From positions 42,746 through 106,745 of the forward strand of contig JANMQY010000023.1 of the NCBI GenBank assembly GCA_031370785.1: DNA of 64,000 nucleotides, given 5' to 3'. Position 1 is the stretch's first letter, and every line of letters starts with the position of its first letter. The stretch is from Candidatus Eiseniibacteriota bacterium. Its GTDB lineage: Bacteria; Eisenbacteria; RBG-16-71-46. Below the pieces are notes generated by a model, which made no database searches, was not told the origin of the DNA, and was given only the letters and a program-made list of their open reading frames with translations. The position numbers were made by a program, and so were the translations under genes. This document shows, in pieces, positions 18,783 through 27,319 of the stretch.

Positions 18783-19664
18783 ATGAGTCCGAGCAAGAGC
18801 ACAGCCGAAGTACTGGTCACGCCCGAATGGGCTGAACAGCATCTGGGCGATCCCGACGTCCGCTTCATCGAAGTCGACGTCGACACGACCGCGTATGCGA
18901 AGGGCCATCTGCCCGGCGCGGTCTCGTTCAACTGGACCTCGCAGCTGCAGGACCCGCTTCGCCGCGACATTCTCGACAAGGCACAGTTCGAGGCGCTCGC
19001 CTCCGCCGCCGGGCTCGAGCCCGCAACCACGGTGGTCCTGTACGGCGACAACAACAACTGGTTCGCGGCGTACGCATTCTGGCTGTTCAAGCTCTACGGT
19101 CACCGCGACGTGCGCATCATCGACGGCGGCCGCAAGAAGTGGGAGCTCGACAATCGCACGCTGACGCGCGACAAGCCGGCTCTCGAGCCGACCCAGTACA
19201 AGATCGGCTCGACCGACCCGTCGCTGCGCGCTCTGCGCGAGGAAGTGTTGAGCGGGCTCGAGAAGAAGGACCGCGTGCTGGTGGACGTGCGCTCGCCGCA
19301 GGAATTCAGCGGCGAGGTCATCGCGCCGCCCGGCATGACCGAGACCGCGCAGCGCGCCGGGCACATCCCCGGCGCGAAGAGCATCCCGTGGTCGCAGGCG
19401 GTGCGTGAGGACGGCACCTTCAAGCCGGCCGACGAACTGCGTGCGCTCTATGCGAAGAACGGCGTGACCGACGAGAAGGACGTGATCGCCTACTGCCGCA
19501 TCGGCGAGAGGTCGTCACACACGTGGTTCGTGCTGCGCCACCTGCTCGGTTTCCCCAAGGTGCGCAACTACGACGGCTCCTGGACCGAGTGGGGCTCATC
19601 GATCGGGCTGCCGATCGAGAATCCGACGGCAAAGGTGCCGGATACGTCCGAGGTCTGCGCCTAG
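18783..19664 (+). CDS. Thiosulfate sulfurtransferase (tandem rhodanese, CysA/SseA-like)
   Basis: GHLPGA, YGDNNNWFAAYAFW, GHIPGA, YCRIGERSS, NYDGSWTEW; GAGGAG RBS. Confidence 0.95.
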   Translation: MSPSKSTAEVLVTPEWAEQHLGDPDVRFIEVDVDTTAYAKGHLPGAVSFNWTSQLQDPLRRDILDKAQFEALASAAGLEPATTVVLYGDNNNWFAAYAFWLFKLYGHRDVRIIDGGRKKWELDNRTLTRDKPALEPTQYKIGSTDPSLRALREEVLSGLEKKDRVLVDVRSPQEFSGEVIAPPGMTETAQRAGHIPGAKSIPWSQAVREDGTFKPADELRALYAKNGVTDEKDVIAYCRIGERSSHTWFVLRHLLGFPKVRNYDGSWTEWGSSIGLPIENPTAKVPDTSEVCA

Positions 19665-19684
19665 GCTCGCCTGCCAAAGAACAG

Positions 19685-19712
19685 CGCCCGGCTCGAACGA
19701 GCCGGGCGTTTT
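19685..19712 (+). terminator. Intrinsic terminator
   Basis: CGCCCGGCTCG-AA-CGAGCCGGGCG followed by TTTT, between convergent genes. Confidence 0.75.
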
Positions 19713-19732
19713 CGTTGCGGCAGAACTCGAGG

Positions 19733-20191
19733 TCAGGCGGCGCGGGTGCTGAGCACCTTGAGCGCGAGCGATTCGGCATTCGAGCCGGACGCAACCTCTG
19801 CGGCCGCGGCGGTCTGCACGTAGATGCGCTCGTTGTTGCTGCCCGGGTCGGCCGGGAAGATGATGAAACCCTGACGATCGGGGGCGTAGGTCAGCGAGTA
19901 GCCGCAGATCAGCTCTCCATCGCGGAACCTTACCGCGAGCTTCTTACCCTGCTGGGTTTCCCCTGGAGCGGTGATGAAACCGCGCAGATCCTGTCGCTTG
20001 GAGTTGCCGGCGTAGTCCCTGACGAAGAAGAGTGCCTTGATCTCCTTGCAGCGCACCTCGATCTCCGGACCATTCGGCTGATCGACCGCCTGAATGTGGA
20101 ACAACGGACGCTGGGGGAAAAAGTCCCGCGTCGTTCCCTTGATGACCTTGCCGCTGATGAAGTGCGCAACGATTTTGTTATTGTCGGACAC
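19733..20191 (-). CDS. DUF6982-like hypothetical protein (two Sm/SH3-like halves)
   Basis: KIVAHF..GKVIKG.T.DF, KALFFVRD, VRFRDGE.ICG, GF.IFPADP.SNNERIYV; GAGG RBS before GTG. Confidence 0.75.
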   Translation of the reverse strand: MSDNNKIVAHFISGKVIKGTTRDFFPQRPLFHIQAVDQPNGPEIEVRCKEIKALFFVRDYAGNSKRQDLRGFITAPGETQQGKKLAVRFRDGELICGYSLTYAPDRQGFIIFPADPGSNNERIYVQTAAAAEVASGSNAESLALKVLSTRAA

Positions 20192-20406
20192 CGAGTCCTC
20201 CCGATGCTTCGCGGCGGCGCTGAGTCGCGGTACGGAGCCACACGCACGGCGCGACGCTTCGCGAGGGTTTTCGGCAGGTGGGAAGGCGGACTTGAGCGCT
20301 TCGAGGGCTTGTTTCCGCCCAATCCTGAGGCTAGTCTGCGTCCGCTTGGCCGAGGCGCGGAACCGCCGCGTCCTCATCGAGTGACTGCTGCCCCTGGGAG
20401 GGTGAG

Positions 20407-20814
20407 ATGCGGATATTTCCACGGACGCTGCGCTTCTGGACCGCCTTGATCGTGCTCGCGTGGTGGTGCGCCCTGCAGACCACACCGGCTGTGGCCGGGC
20501 TCGTCCACTCGAGGACGTCGGCCGCCACCACCTCGATCGCCTCCTCGCGCGACGCCGATCTCATCGTCGTGCAGCGTGCGCTCGAGAACCGGGTGGTCGC
20601 CCAGAAGCTGCGCGACTACGGAGTCTCGCAGGGGGACGTACAGCTCAAGCTGGCGAGCGCTTCCGATCACGACCTGCATACGCTGGCCACCGCGTCCCGC
20701 GGATTGCCGAGTGGCGGCGATGATGCCGTCGGACTTCTGATCGGCGTGCTGCTCATCGTGATTCTCGTGATCGTGATCCTCAAGCTCATGAACAAGGAGA
20801 TCGTGGTTCGCTGA
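20407..20814 (+). CDS. PA2779 family protein
   Basis: Signal peptide; V.QKLRDYGV....V..KLAS.SD.DL..LA; PSGG followed by a hydrophobic C-terminal helix. Confidence 0.8.
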   Translation: MRIFPRTLRFWTALIVLAWWCALQTTPAVAGLVHSRTSAATTSIASSRDADLIVVQRALENRVVAQKLRDYGVSQGDVQLKLASASDHDLHTLATASRGLPSGGDDAVGLLIGVLLIVILVIVILKLMNKEIVVR

Positions 20815-21329
20815 TGCCCGCTTTCATGGCGACGCTGACTCTGATTGCATTGCTGGCTTCGGCGCCGCCCAGGCTGGAGACCGGTGTCACGCTCGCGGTA
20901 CCGGTCATCAAGCAGGCGCGCGAGCGTTGCGGTCCGACCGCGCTCGAGATGGTCTTTCGTTTCTATGGAGCAGACTCGAGCGCGGCGATCGCATCTTCGG
21001 CGTACGACCCGGTGCTGCGGGGTTCCCTCATCACCGATCTCGCCGCCGCCGCGCGGCGCGCCGGATTCCAGGCGACGGTGGACGCTCTCGACGACACGGC
21101 GCTGGTGGCGCTGCTGCGCGAGGGCGTCCCGCCGATCGTGCTCTACCAGAACGGCACGGGCCCGGTCACACTTCCTCACTTCGCCGTGGTGGCGGGCTGG
21201 GATCCCAAGTCCCGCGCCTTCCTGCTCAACGACGGCACCACGCGCCAGCGCACCATGAGCAGGAAGAAGCTGGTCGCACGCTGGACCACCGCCGGACGTC
21301 AGGCGCTGATCGTGAGGCGGGCGCCGTGA
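20814..21329 (+). CDS. C39-like cysteine peptidase (PA2778-like)
   Basis: VPVIKQ...CGPTAL, HFAVVAGWD, LNDG give a Cys/His/Asp set; translationally coupled to PA2779. Confidence 0.85.
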   Translation: MPAFMATLTLIALLASAPPRLETGVTLAVPVIKQARERCGPTALEMVFRFYGADSSAAIASSAYDPVLRGSLITDLAAAARRAGFQATVDALDDTALVALLREGVPPIVLYQNGTGPVTLPHFAVVAGWDPKSRAFLLNDGTTRQRTMSRKKLVARWTTAGRQALIVRRAP

Positions 21330-21790
21330 GCGTCGCGCGCCGGCGTGCAGGTCGTGGACTCGTGCTCGTGTTGGTCGCGTCGGTTCTTGCCGCGGGCGGC
21401 TGCTCGCATCTCGTGATGCTCCACGATCCGCTGAGCGCTTCCGAGCACAACGACCTGGGCGTCGCCTACGAACGCTCGGGCGAGGCGAAGCTCGCGGCGA
21501 ACGAGTATCGGAAGGCGCTGAGCGTCAATCCGCACCTGGTCCGGCCGCGCGTCAATCTCGGCAATCTGTCCGCCGGCGCAGGCAAGTGGGAGGAGGCGGC
21601 GCGCCAGTACCGGCGCGCGCTGCGCGATTCGAGTGACGCCGACGCCATGAACAATCTCGCGGTCGCGTTGCTCCGGCTCAGGCATCCCGGGGAAGCGCGC
21701 ACCTGGGCGGAGAAGGCGGTCGCCCTGGGCGGGCCCAGCGATTCGGTGTACCGGGCGACGCTCGACGAGGTGCGGGCGGCCGGCAAGTAG
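21326..21790 (+). CDS. TPR-repeat lipoprotein
   Basis: LAAGGC lipobox-like; HNDLGVAY, VNLGNL, MNNLAVAL TPR units. Confidence 0.82.
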   Translation: MSVARRRAGRGLVLVLVASVLAAGGCSHLVMLHDPLSASEHNDLGVAYERSGEAKLAANEYRKALSVNPHLVRPRVNLGNLSAGAGKWEEAARQYRRALRDSSDADAMNNLAVALLRLRHPGEARTWAEKAVALGGPSDSVYRATLDEVRAAGK

Positions 21791-21936
21791 GGGCCGGCGC
21801 CTCACCGCCCCGCCCGGACGTGCGCGGGCCGCGCTCGCCGGGTTCCGTCTTGAAGCGACCCGCGGGATATGCCACCGTTCGCCGCTCGTTTTCCCCCGCG
21901 CCGATCCCGGCGCAATGCTCGAAAGGAGTGCCAGTC

Positions 21937-22416
21937 ATGCTGAAACTCGATTCGAATCGCTGGCTTGCCGCGGTCGCTCTGGTGGCGATCGTCGGTTGCC
22001 AGCAGGCGAACAAGAGCGGCTCAACGACCACCACGACCACAACGACCACCACCACCGACACCAACGCTACAGCCGCGGAGGTCACCTTGGCTGACGGACT
22101 CAAGATCATCGACCTCAAGGTCGGCGACGGCGCAGAGGCGACCGAAGGCTCAACCGTGTCGGTGCATTACACGGGCTGGCTCACTGACGGCTCCAAGTTC
22201 GACAGCTCGGTCGACCGCGGTCAGCCGTTCTCGTTCCGCCTCGGCGCCCAGCAGGTGATCCGCGGATGGGATGAAGGCGTCAAGGGCATGAAGGTCGGCG
22301 GCAAGCGCAAGCTGACCATTCCGTCGGCGCTTGCTTACGGAGATGCGGGCCGCCCGCCGGTGATCCCTGAGAAGGCCACGCTGGTGTTCGACGTCGAGCT
22401 GCTCAGCGTCAACTAG
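21937..22416 (+). CDS. FKBP-type peptidyl-prolyl isomerase (lipoprotein)
   Basis: IVGC lipobox, poly-Thr linker, VHYTGWL.DG.KFDSS, VIRGWDEG, LVFDVELL. Confidence 0.95.
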   Translation: MLKLDSNRWLAAVALVAIVGCQQANKSGSTTTTTTTTTTTDTNATAAEVTLADGLKIIDLKVGDGAEATEGSTVSVHYTGWLTDGSKFDSSVDRGQPFSFRLGAQQVIRGWDEGVKGMKVGGKRKLTIPSALAYGDAGRPPVIPEKATLVFDVELLSVN

Positions 22417-22428
22417 GGAGCTCAGTGC

Positions 22429-22467
22429 GCGGGGCGGGCCGCGGCACGCCCGCCCCGCGTTTCGTTC
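22429..22467 (+). terminator. Probable intrinsic terminator
   Basis: GCGGGGCGGGC...GCCCGCCCCGC followed by GTTTCGTT. Confidence 0.55.
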
Positions 22468-22522
22468 ATGAAGAGGTCTCGCGTCCCGCCGCTTCGAGGG
22501 ACGCGAACGGGAGGGTTGCGGA

Positions 22523-25198
22523 ATGTCGCGGTCGCGGGTCGCGGGGCTTGTGCTCGGTACGGTGCTACTCGCTTCGGTGGCGTCGGGGAAGGACGCACCG
22601 CGCCCTGCCTCAGGACCGCTCGAGCCCAAGCTCTTCAAGGAGCTGTCGTGGCGCTCGGTGGGCCCGGCCAACATGGGCGGACGCATCGCCGCGATCGCGA
22701 CGGTCGAGAACAAGCCGACCACCATCTACCTCGGGTTCGGCACCGGCGGCGTGTTCAAGAGCGTGAACAACGGCACGACCTGGAGCGGCGTGTTCGACAA
22801 GCAGCCGGTGGCCTCGATCGGCGCGATCGGGATCTGGCAGAAGAATCCCGACGTGGTGTGGGTCGGGACCGGGGAAGCCAACAGCCGCAATTCGTCATCG
22901 TGGGGCAATGGGGTGTACCGCTCGGCCGACGGCGGCGGCACGTGGAAGCACGTCGGGCTCGAAGCCACTTCGACCATCTCGCGGCTGCTGACCCATCCGT
23001 CCGACAGCAACACCGTTTACGTCGCGGCGCTCGGCCGGCTGTGGGGCGAAAACCCGGAACGCGGCGTGTTCAAGACCACCGACGGCGGCAAGAGCTGGTC
23101 GCAGGTTCTGAAGGCCGACGCCAAGACCGGCGCGGTGGACCTGGTGATGGACCCGTCGGACCCCAATACGCTCTACGCGGCGCTCTATGCGCGCCGCCGC
23201 ACGCCGTGGTCGTACACCGCCGGCGGCACGTCCGGCGGCCTCTTCCGCACGCGCGATGGCGGGAAGTCGTGGACCCGGCTCACGAACGGCCTGCCCGCCG
23301 AGACCGGACGGATCGGGCTCGACATCTGGCGCAAGAATCCGAAGGTGGTGTTCGCGGTCGTCGAATCCGACGCCGGCGGGCATCTCGACGAGTTCGAGAA
23401 CAAGAGCCGCTCGGGTGGAGTGTTCCGCACCGACGACGGCGGCGACCACTGGACTCGCCTCAGCCCCTACACGCCGCGCGCGTTCTACTTCAGCCAGATT
23501 CGCGTGCAGCCCGATGACGACCAGCGCGTGTACCTGCTCGGCACCGACCTGTGGATCTCGGAAAACGGCGGCAAGGCGTTCCGCGCGGCGGGGGCGAAGG
23601 ACCTGCACCCGGACTGCCACGCGATGTGGATCGATCCCAGCCATCCCGAGCACGTGATGATGGGCACCGACGGCGGCTTCTACATGTCGTGGGATCGGGC
23701 CGCGACCTGGGACTACGTGAACAACATGGCGGTGGGCGAGTTCTACAACATCGCCCTCGACAATCGCGATCCGTACCGCATCTATGGCGGACTTCAGGAC
23801 AATCAGACCTGGGCCGGTCCGAGCCGCACCTGGAGCGAGCCCGAGCCGTTCCTCGGCGAGCCGCAGCACAACGGCATCTTGAACGACAACTGGATCTGCC
23901 TCGGCGGCGGTGACGGATTCCACGTCGCGGTCGATCCGATCGACCCCGACATCGTGTACTACGAATCGCAGCAGGGCTATCTCGTGCGCCTGAACCTCGC
24001 GACCCACAAGGAACGCAACCTGCGCCCCTCGAACAAGGAGGGCGAGGCGCGCTTCCGCTTCAACTGGAACACGCCGTTCCTGATCTCGCCGCACGATCCG
24101 ACCGTGCTATGGATGGGCGGCAATCGCGTGTTCCGGCAGCTCGACCGCGGCGACCGCTGGGAACTCGCCAGCCCCGACCTGAGCACCGCCGACCCGAAGA
24201 AGATGGTGACCGGCGGCTCGGGCGCGGAATCGCACTGCACCATAGTCTCGCTCGCCGAATCGCCGAGGCAGGCGGGGGTGGTGTGGGCCGGCACCGATGA
24301 CGGCAAGCTGTGGGTGACGCCCGATGGCGGCAGGAACTGGAACGACCTGACCGCGAACCTGCGCGGCGTGCCGGCCGGCCTCTACGTGAGCCGCATCGAG
24401 GCTTCGCATCACGACGCGAGAACCGCGTACGTTTCGATCGACGGCCATCGCTCGGACGTCTTCGCCCCGTTCGTGCTGGTCACGCACGATCTGGGGAAGA
24501 GCTGGACCTCGATCGCGTCCAATCTGCCGAAGAAGGAACCGGTGATCGTGGTGCGCGAGGATCTCGAGAATCCGAAGCTGCTGTTCGCCGGCACCGAGTT
24601 CGGCCTCTACGCCTCGCTCGATGGCGGCGGCCAGTGGATGAAGCTGACCGAGGGGCTGCCCACGGTCGCGGTCGACGACATCGCGATCCACCCGCGCGAG
24701 CGCGATCTGGTGGCGGGCACGCACGGGCGCAGCGTCTATGTAATGGACGACATCACCCCGCTCGAGCGCTGGACCGCGACCACCGCCGGCGATTCGATCG
24801 CATTCTTCGCGCCGCGCGCCGCGACCGCGTTCTACATGCACATGCTCGGCGGTATCTACGGGCAGCGCATGTTCAGTGCAAAGAACCCGGCATTTGGGGC
24901 GTACTTCAACTACTGGTGCGGGAAAGATCTCGATGACGGCATCTCGATCACGGTCGCCGACAGCGCGGGGAAGACCGTGCGCAAGCTGAAGGGCCCGGCA
25001 ACCAGGGGTCTGCACCGCGTGACGTGGGATCTGATCGCCGGCGAACCCAACGAGCGCATCGATCGTCCCGAATGGAACGGGCAGCCGCAGTACGTGCCGG
25101 CTGGGACCTACACCGTCAAACTGAGCGCGGGAGTGGCCGAGATCAAGCACACGCTCGAGGTGCGCGTGCCCGAAGGGGTGGCGGACACGACACCGTAG
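22523..25198 (+). CDS. Secreted BNR/Asp-box (VPS10/GH74-like) beta-propeller protein
   Basis: WRSVGPANMGGRI; many SxDGGxTW boxes; GGLQDN, GGGDGF, GTHGRS; Ig-like C-terminus. Confidence 0.9.
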   Translation: MSRSRVAGLVLGTVLLASVASGKDAPRPASGPLEPKLFKELSWRSVGPANMGGRIAAIATVENKPTTIYLGFGTGGVFKSVNNGTTWSGVFDKQPVASIGAIGIWQKNPDVVWVGTGEANSRNSSSWGNGVYRSADGGGTWKHVGLEATSTISRLLTHPSDSNTVYVAALGRLWGENPERGVFKTTDGGKSWSQVLKADAKTGAVDLVMDPSDPNTLYAALYARRRTPWSYTAGGTSGGLFRTRDGGKSWTRLTNGLPAETGRIGLDIWRKNPKVVFAVVESDAGGHLDEFENKSRSGGVFRTDDGGDHWTRLSPYTPRAFYFSQIRVQPDDDQRVYLLGTDLWISENGGKAFRAAGAKDLHPDCHAMWIDPSHPEHVMMGTDGGFYMSWDRAATWDYVNNMAVGEFYNIALDNRDPYRIYGGLQDNQTWAGPSRTWSEPEPFLGEPQHNGILNDNWICLGGGDGFHVAVDPIDPDIVYYESQQGYLVRLNLATHKERNLRPSNKEGEARFRFNWNTPFLISPHDPTVLWMGGNRVFRQLDRGDRWELASPDLSTADPKKMVTGGSGAESHCTIVSLAESPRQAGVVWAGTDDGKLWVTPDGGRNWNDLTANLRGVPAGLYVSRIEASHHDARTAYVSIDGHRSDVFAPFVLVTHDLGKSWTSIASNLPKKEPVIVVREDLENPKLLFAGTEFGLYASLDGGGQWMKLTEGLPTVAVDDIAIHPRERDLVAGTHGRSVYVMDDITPLERWTATTAGDSIAFFAPRAATAFYMHMLGGIYGQRMFSAKNPAFGAYFNYWCGKDLDDGISITVADSAGKTVRKLKGPATRGLHRVTWDLIAGEPNERIDRPEWNGQPQYVPAGTYTVKLSAGVAEIKHTLEVRVPEGVADTTP

Positions 25199-25248
25199 AG
25201 GGCGTCGGGGATGACAGCGCGATGGCTGCAAACCCTACAAAACTCTTC

Positions 25249-25471
25249 TTGACCCCCTACGCCGGGCGCGCGAATAATTCCGCCCGTCGGAACCCCGCCT
25301 AAGCGGACTCCAGAGAGCCGTTTCCGCCGCGGATCAGTTTCCTCCGCGGCGGTTCGCCTTTTGGATCGTTGAGGATCGAAGTTCCGGCCGCGTTCCTCGC
25401 GGTCAGGGCCCCTCGGCCCGGCCCGGTTCTCTCTGAAGGGATCCTCGGATCCCTGAATCAAGGAGTTGGCA
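25249..25471 (+). promoter_or_regulatory. csp promoter and long structured 5' leader
   Basis: TTGACC-N18-AATAAT; hairpin 25324-25352; AGGGATC-CTCG-GATCCCT hairpin followed by GAATCAAGGAG. Confidence 0.6.
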
Positions 25472-25675
25472 GTGGCTCTCGGTACGGTGAAGTGGTTCAA
25501 CGAAGCAAAGGGTTTCGGATTCATCTCGCAGGAAGGCGGCGAGGATGTGTTCGTGCACTTCTCGGCCATCCAGGGAGAGGGTTTCAAGTCCCTGGCCGAA
25601 GGCGAGAAGGTGGAGTTCGACATCACGCGGGGCCCGAAGGGCCTGCAGGCGGCGAACGTCCGCAAGACGGCCTAG
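25472..25675 (+). CDS. Cold-shock protein (CspA family)
   Basis: [34 protein letters not shown]. Confidence 0.97.
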   Translation: MALGTVKWFNEAKGFGFISQEGGEDVFVHFSAIQGEGFKSLAEGEKVEFDITRGPKGLQAANVRKTA

Positions 25676-25691
25676 GCTCTGAGAAACATGG

Positions 25692-25734
25692 CGGGCGGCG
25701 GGTTCCTCACGGGACCGGCCGCCCGTTTGTTCTT
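25692..25734 (+). terminator. Probable intrinsic terminator after csp
   Basis: GGGCGGC...GCCGCCC hairpin followed by GTTTGTTCTT. Confidence 0.6.
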
Positions 25735-25766
25735 CCGGCGTCGAAGGGTACCTGTGCTACTGCCGA

Positions 25767-26423
25767 TCACGTGAAATGTTCGCGGAGCAGACTCTCCACA
25801 AATCCAAGGCAACTCTCGACGGCCGGCCTCGTGATGTCGTTCCAGTCTGCGTGAAGGGCGTCGTTGCGGAATTTGAGGAAGCTGTTGGCTATGGTGAACG
25901 TCGCACCTTGAAGAATCCCGGAGGACTTGAGTGCTATGAGGACGTGTTGGAGCTTTTCACGCGTGTGAATGCCAGCGCGTGTGGCCGCCAGTCGACGGAC
26001 CGTGTCCTCGAATAGAGCGGCAACAAGCACAGCGGCGATGTTCTTTCCGTTCTCGTTGTTCTGGGCGAGCGACTCCTTTGCGAGTACACCGAAGTCAGCC
26101 AATGCCTCGCCAGCTCCCCTTCGCTCGACGGACCCCAGTAGCCCTGCGACCACTTCTGCCTTGAGCGACCTCAACGTGCCCAGAATCACCGGCTGCAAGA
26201 GGTATTGGAGACTTGAACCGTCGCGGTGTTCGAGCGAATCGAATGCGCGAACCAACACGGTTTCTTGGGGGGTCTGGCCTCCATGTGCGAGCCGCAATAG
26301 CTGAAGCGCGCCCTGATACATCTCCCCGATGTCGCCGCCTGCCGAGTGGGCCCCGCTGCGGGCTTCATGGACTTCGAGTTTGAGGAGTCTGTCGATCCGA
26401 TTCAATATGGCATCAGCATCCAT
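25767..26423 (-). CDS. HEPN-domain (DUF4145-like) hypothetical protein
   Basis: AAVLVAALFEDTVRRL helix and RNDALH (Rx4H) motif; visibly lower GC and atypical codons. Confidence 0.65.
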   Translation of the reverse strand: MDADAILNRIDRLLKLEVHEARSGAHSAGGDIGEMYQGALQLLRLAHGGQTPQETVLVRAFDSLEHRDGSSLQYLLQPVILGTLRSLKAEVVAGLLGSVERRGAGEALADFGVLAKESLAQNNENGKNIAAVLVAALFEDTVRRLAATRAGIHTREKLQHVLIALKSSGILQGATFTIANSFLKFRNDALHADWNDITRPAVESCLGFVESLLREHFT

Positions 26424-26494
26424 GGTGTTCTCCAATGCAAGACTTCCTCTGAACGGCTCGATCGCGCTCTCGCTGCGCCCGTGTTTGCTCGCAT

Positions 26495-27253
26495 TCAGCG
26501 ATCCTGATTCACATCCCAGAGGCCGAGAGTCCCACGCGCTGTGTCCAGGCAGGGCAAAATCATCCGAGGGATATCCATCCTCAACTCGTTCGCCTGTCGT
26601 TTTCGTTCTGAGTCGACCGGCAGCTCAGCATGTTTCCTCAGGAAGACACTGTCGGACTCTGACAATTTCCGAATCGATCCGAGGATCCAAAGAGTTTTTC
26701 CGGACGGAAAGGAATGCATGCCGAGGCTTGTCGTGCCCGGAGCGTCTTTGCCTGGCCACTCGGCAGTTGGTAATGGCGTCGACGTCAAGACAACTGAGAC
26801 AACGACCATCGATCCGATCGGCCCAGGGTCGATCCAGAGTACGTCGCTCACACGGATTCGAGCAGTCGACATCTTCGTCAGACTATCCGCGGGTACTGCA
26901 ACTTGAATTGGCGCATACAACCCCGGCGACGCTTCAACTAGGCTCCACGCTCGATGGAACCTTCCACCCAGTTCCCGCCTCCCTGTCGCTAGATGCGGAG
27001 GCAATGACTGAAGCGCAATATTCCCACTCCAGGTTGCACTTGCGTCGTCGTGCTCAGCAGCAGAACCAAACGCGGCGTGGCACTTACCCGATTCGTGCAG
27101 GCTGAACTTGAAGCTCGAGGCGGAATCCGGCGTGGAAACATAGACATCTTCATGGCGTGAAGTGGCGAAGACGCGCCAAACGATTGATCGTGCGGCTGGC
27201 CGTCCGACGCAGAATGACAGATCAAACTGCAGCTTTCTCATTTTTGGCGTCAA
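26495..27253 (-). CDS. Hypothetical protein in low-GC islet
   Basis: 252-aa ORF with DVYV..KFSLHESGKCH segment; atypical codon usage; start uncertain. Confidence 0.6.
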   Translation of the reverse strand: MTPKMRKLQFDLSFCVGRPAARSIVWRVFATSRHEDVYVSTPDSASSFKFSLHESGKCHAAFGSAAEHDDASATWSGNIALQSLPPHLATGRRELGGRFHRAWSLVEASPGLYAPIQVAVPADSLTKMSTARIRVSDVLWIDPGPIGSMVVVSVVLTSTPLPTAEWPGKDAPGTTSLGMHSFPSGKTLWILGSIRKLSESDSVFLRKHAELPVDSERKRQANELRMDIPRMILPCLDTARGTLGLWDVNQDR

Positions 27254-27319
27254 TCCACGGCCTTTCGGTTCCGCTGCGTTGATCGGCTGGTACGCTGGCT
27301 CATCTCCCTGTCGCTCCCC

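Noticed and set aside
22024..22056. ACC/ACG-rich microsatellite
   Set aside because: Encodes the poly-Thr linker of the FKBP lipoprotein with mixed codons; not a phase-variation tract.
26430..26495. Integron attC site between the islet genes
   Set aside because: No proper RYYYAAC/GTTRRRY pair or internal dyad, and no intI.
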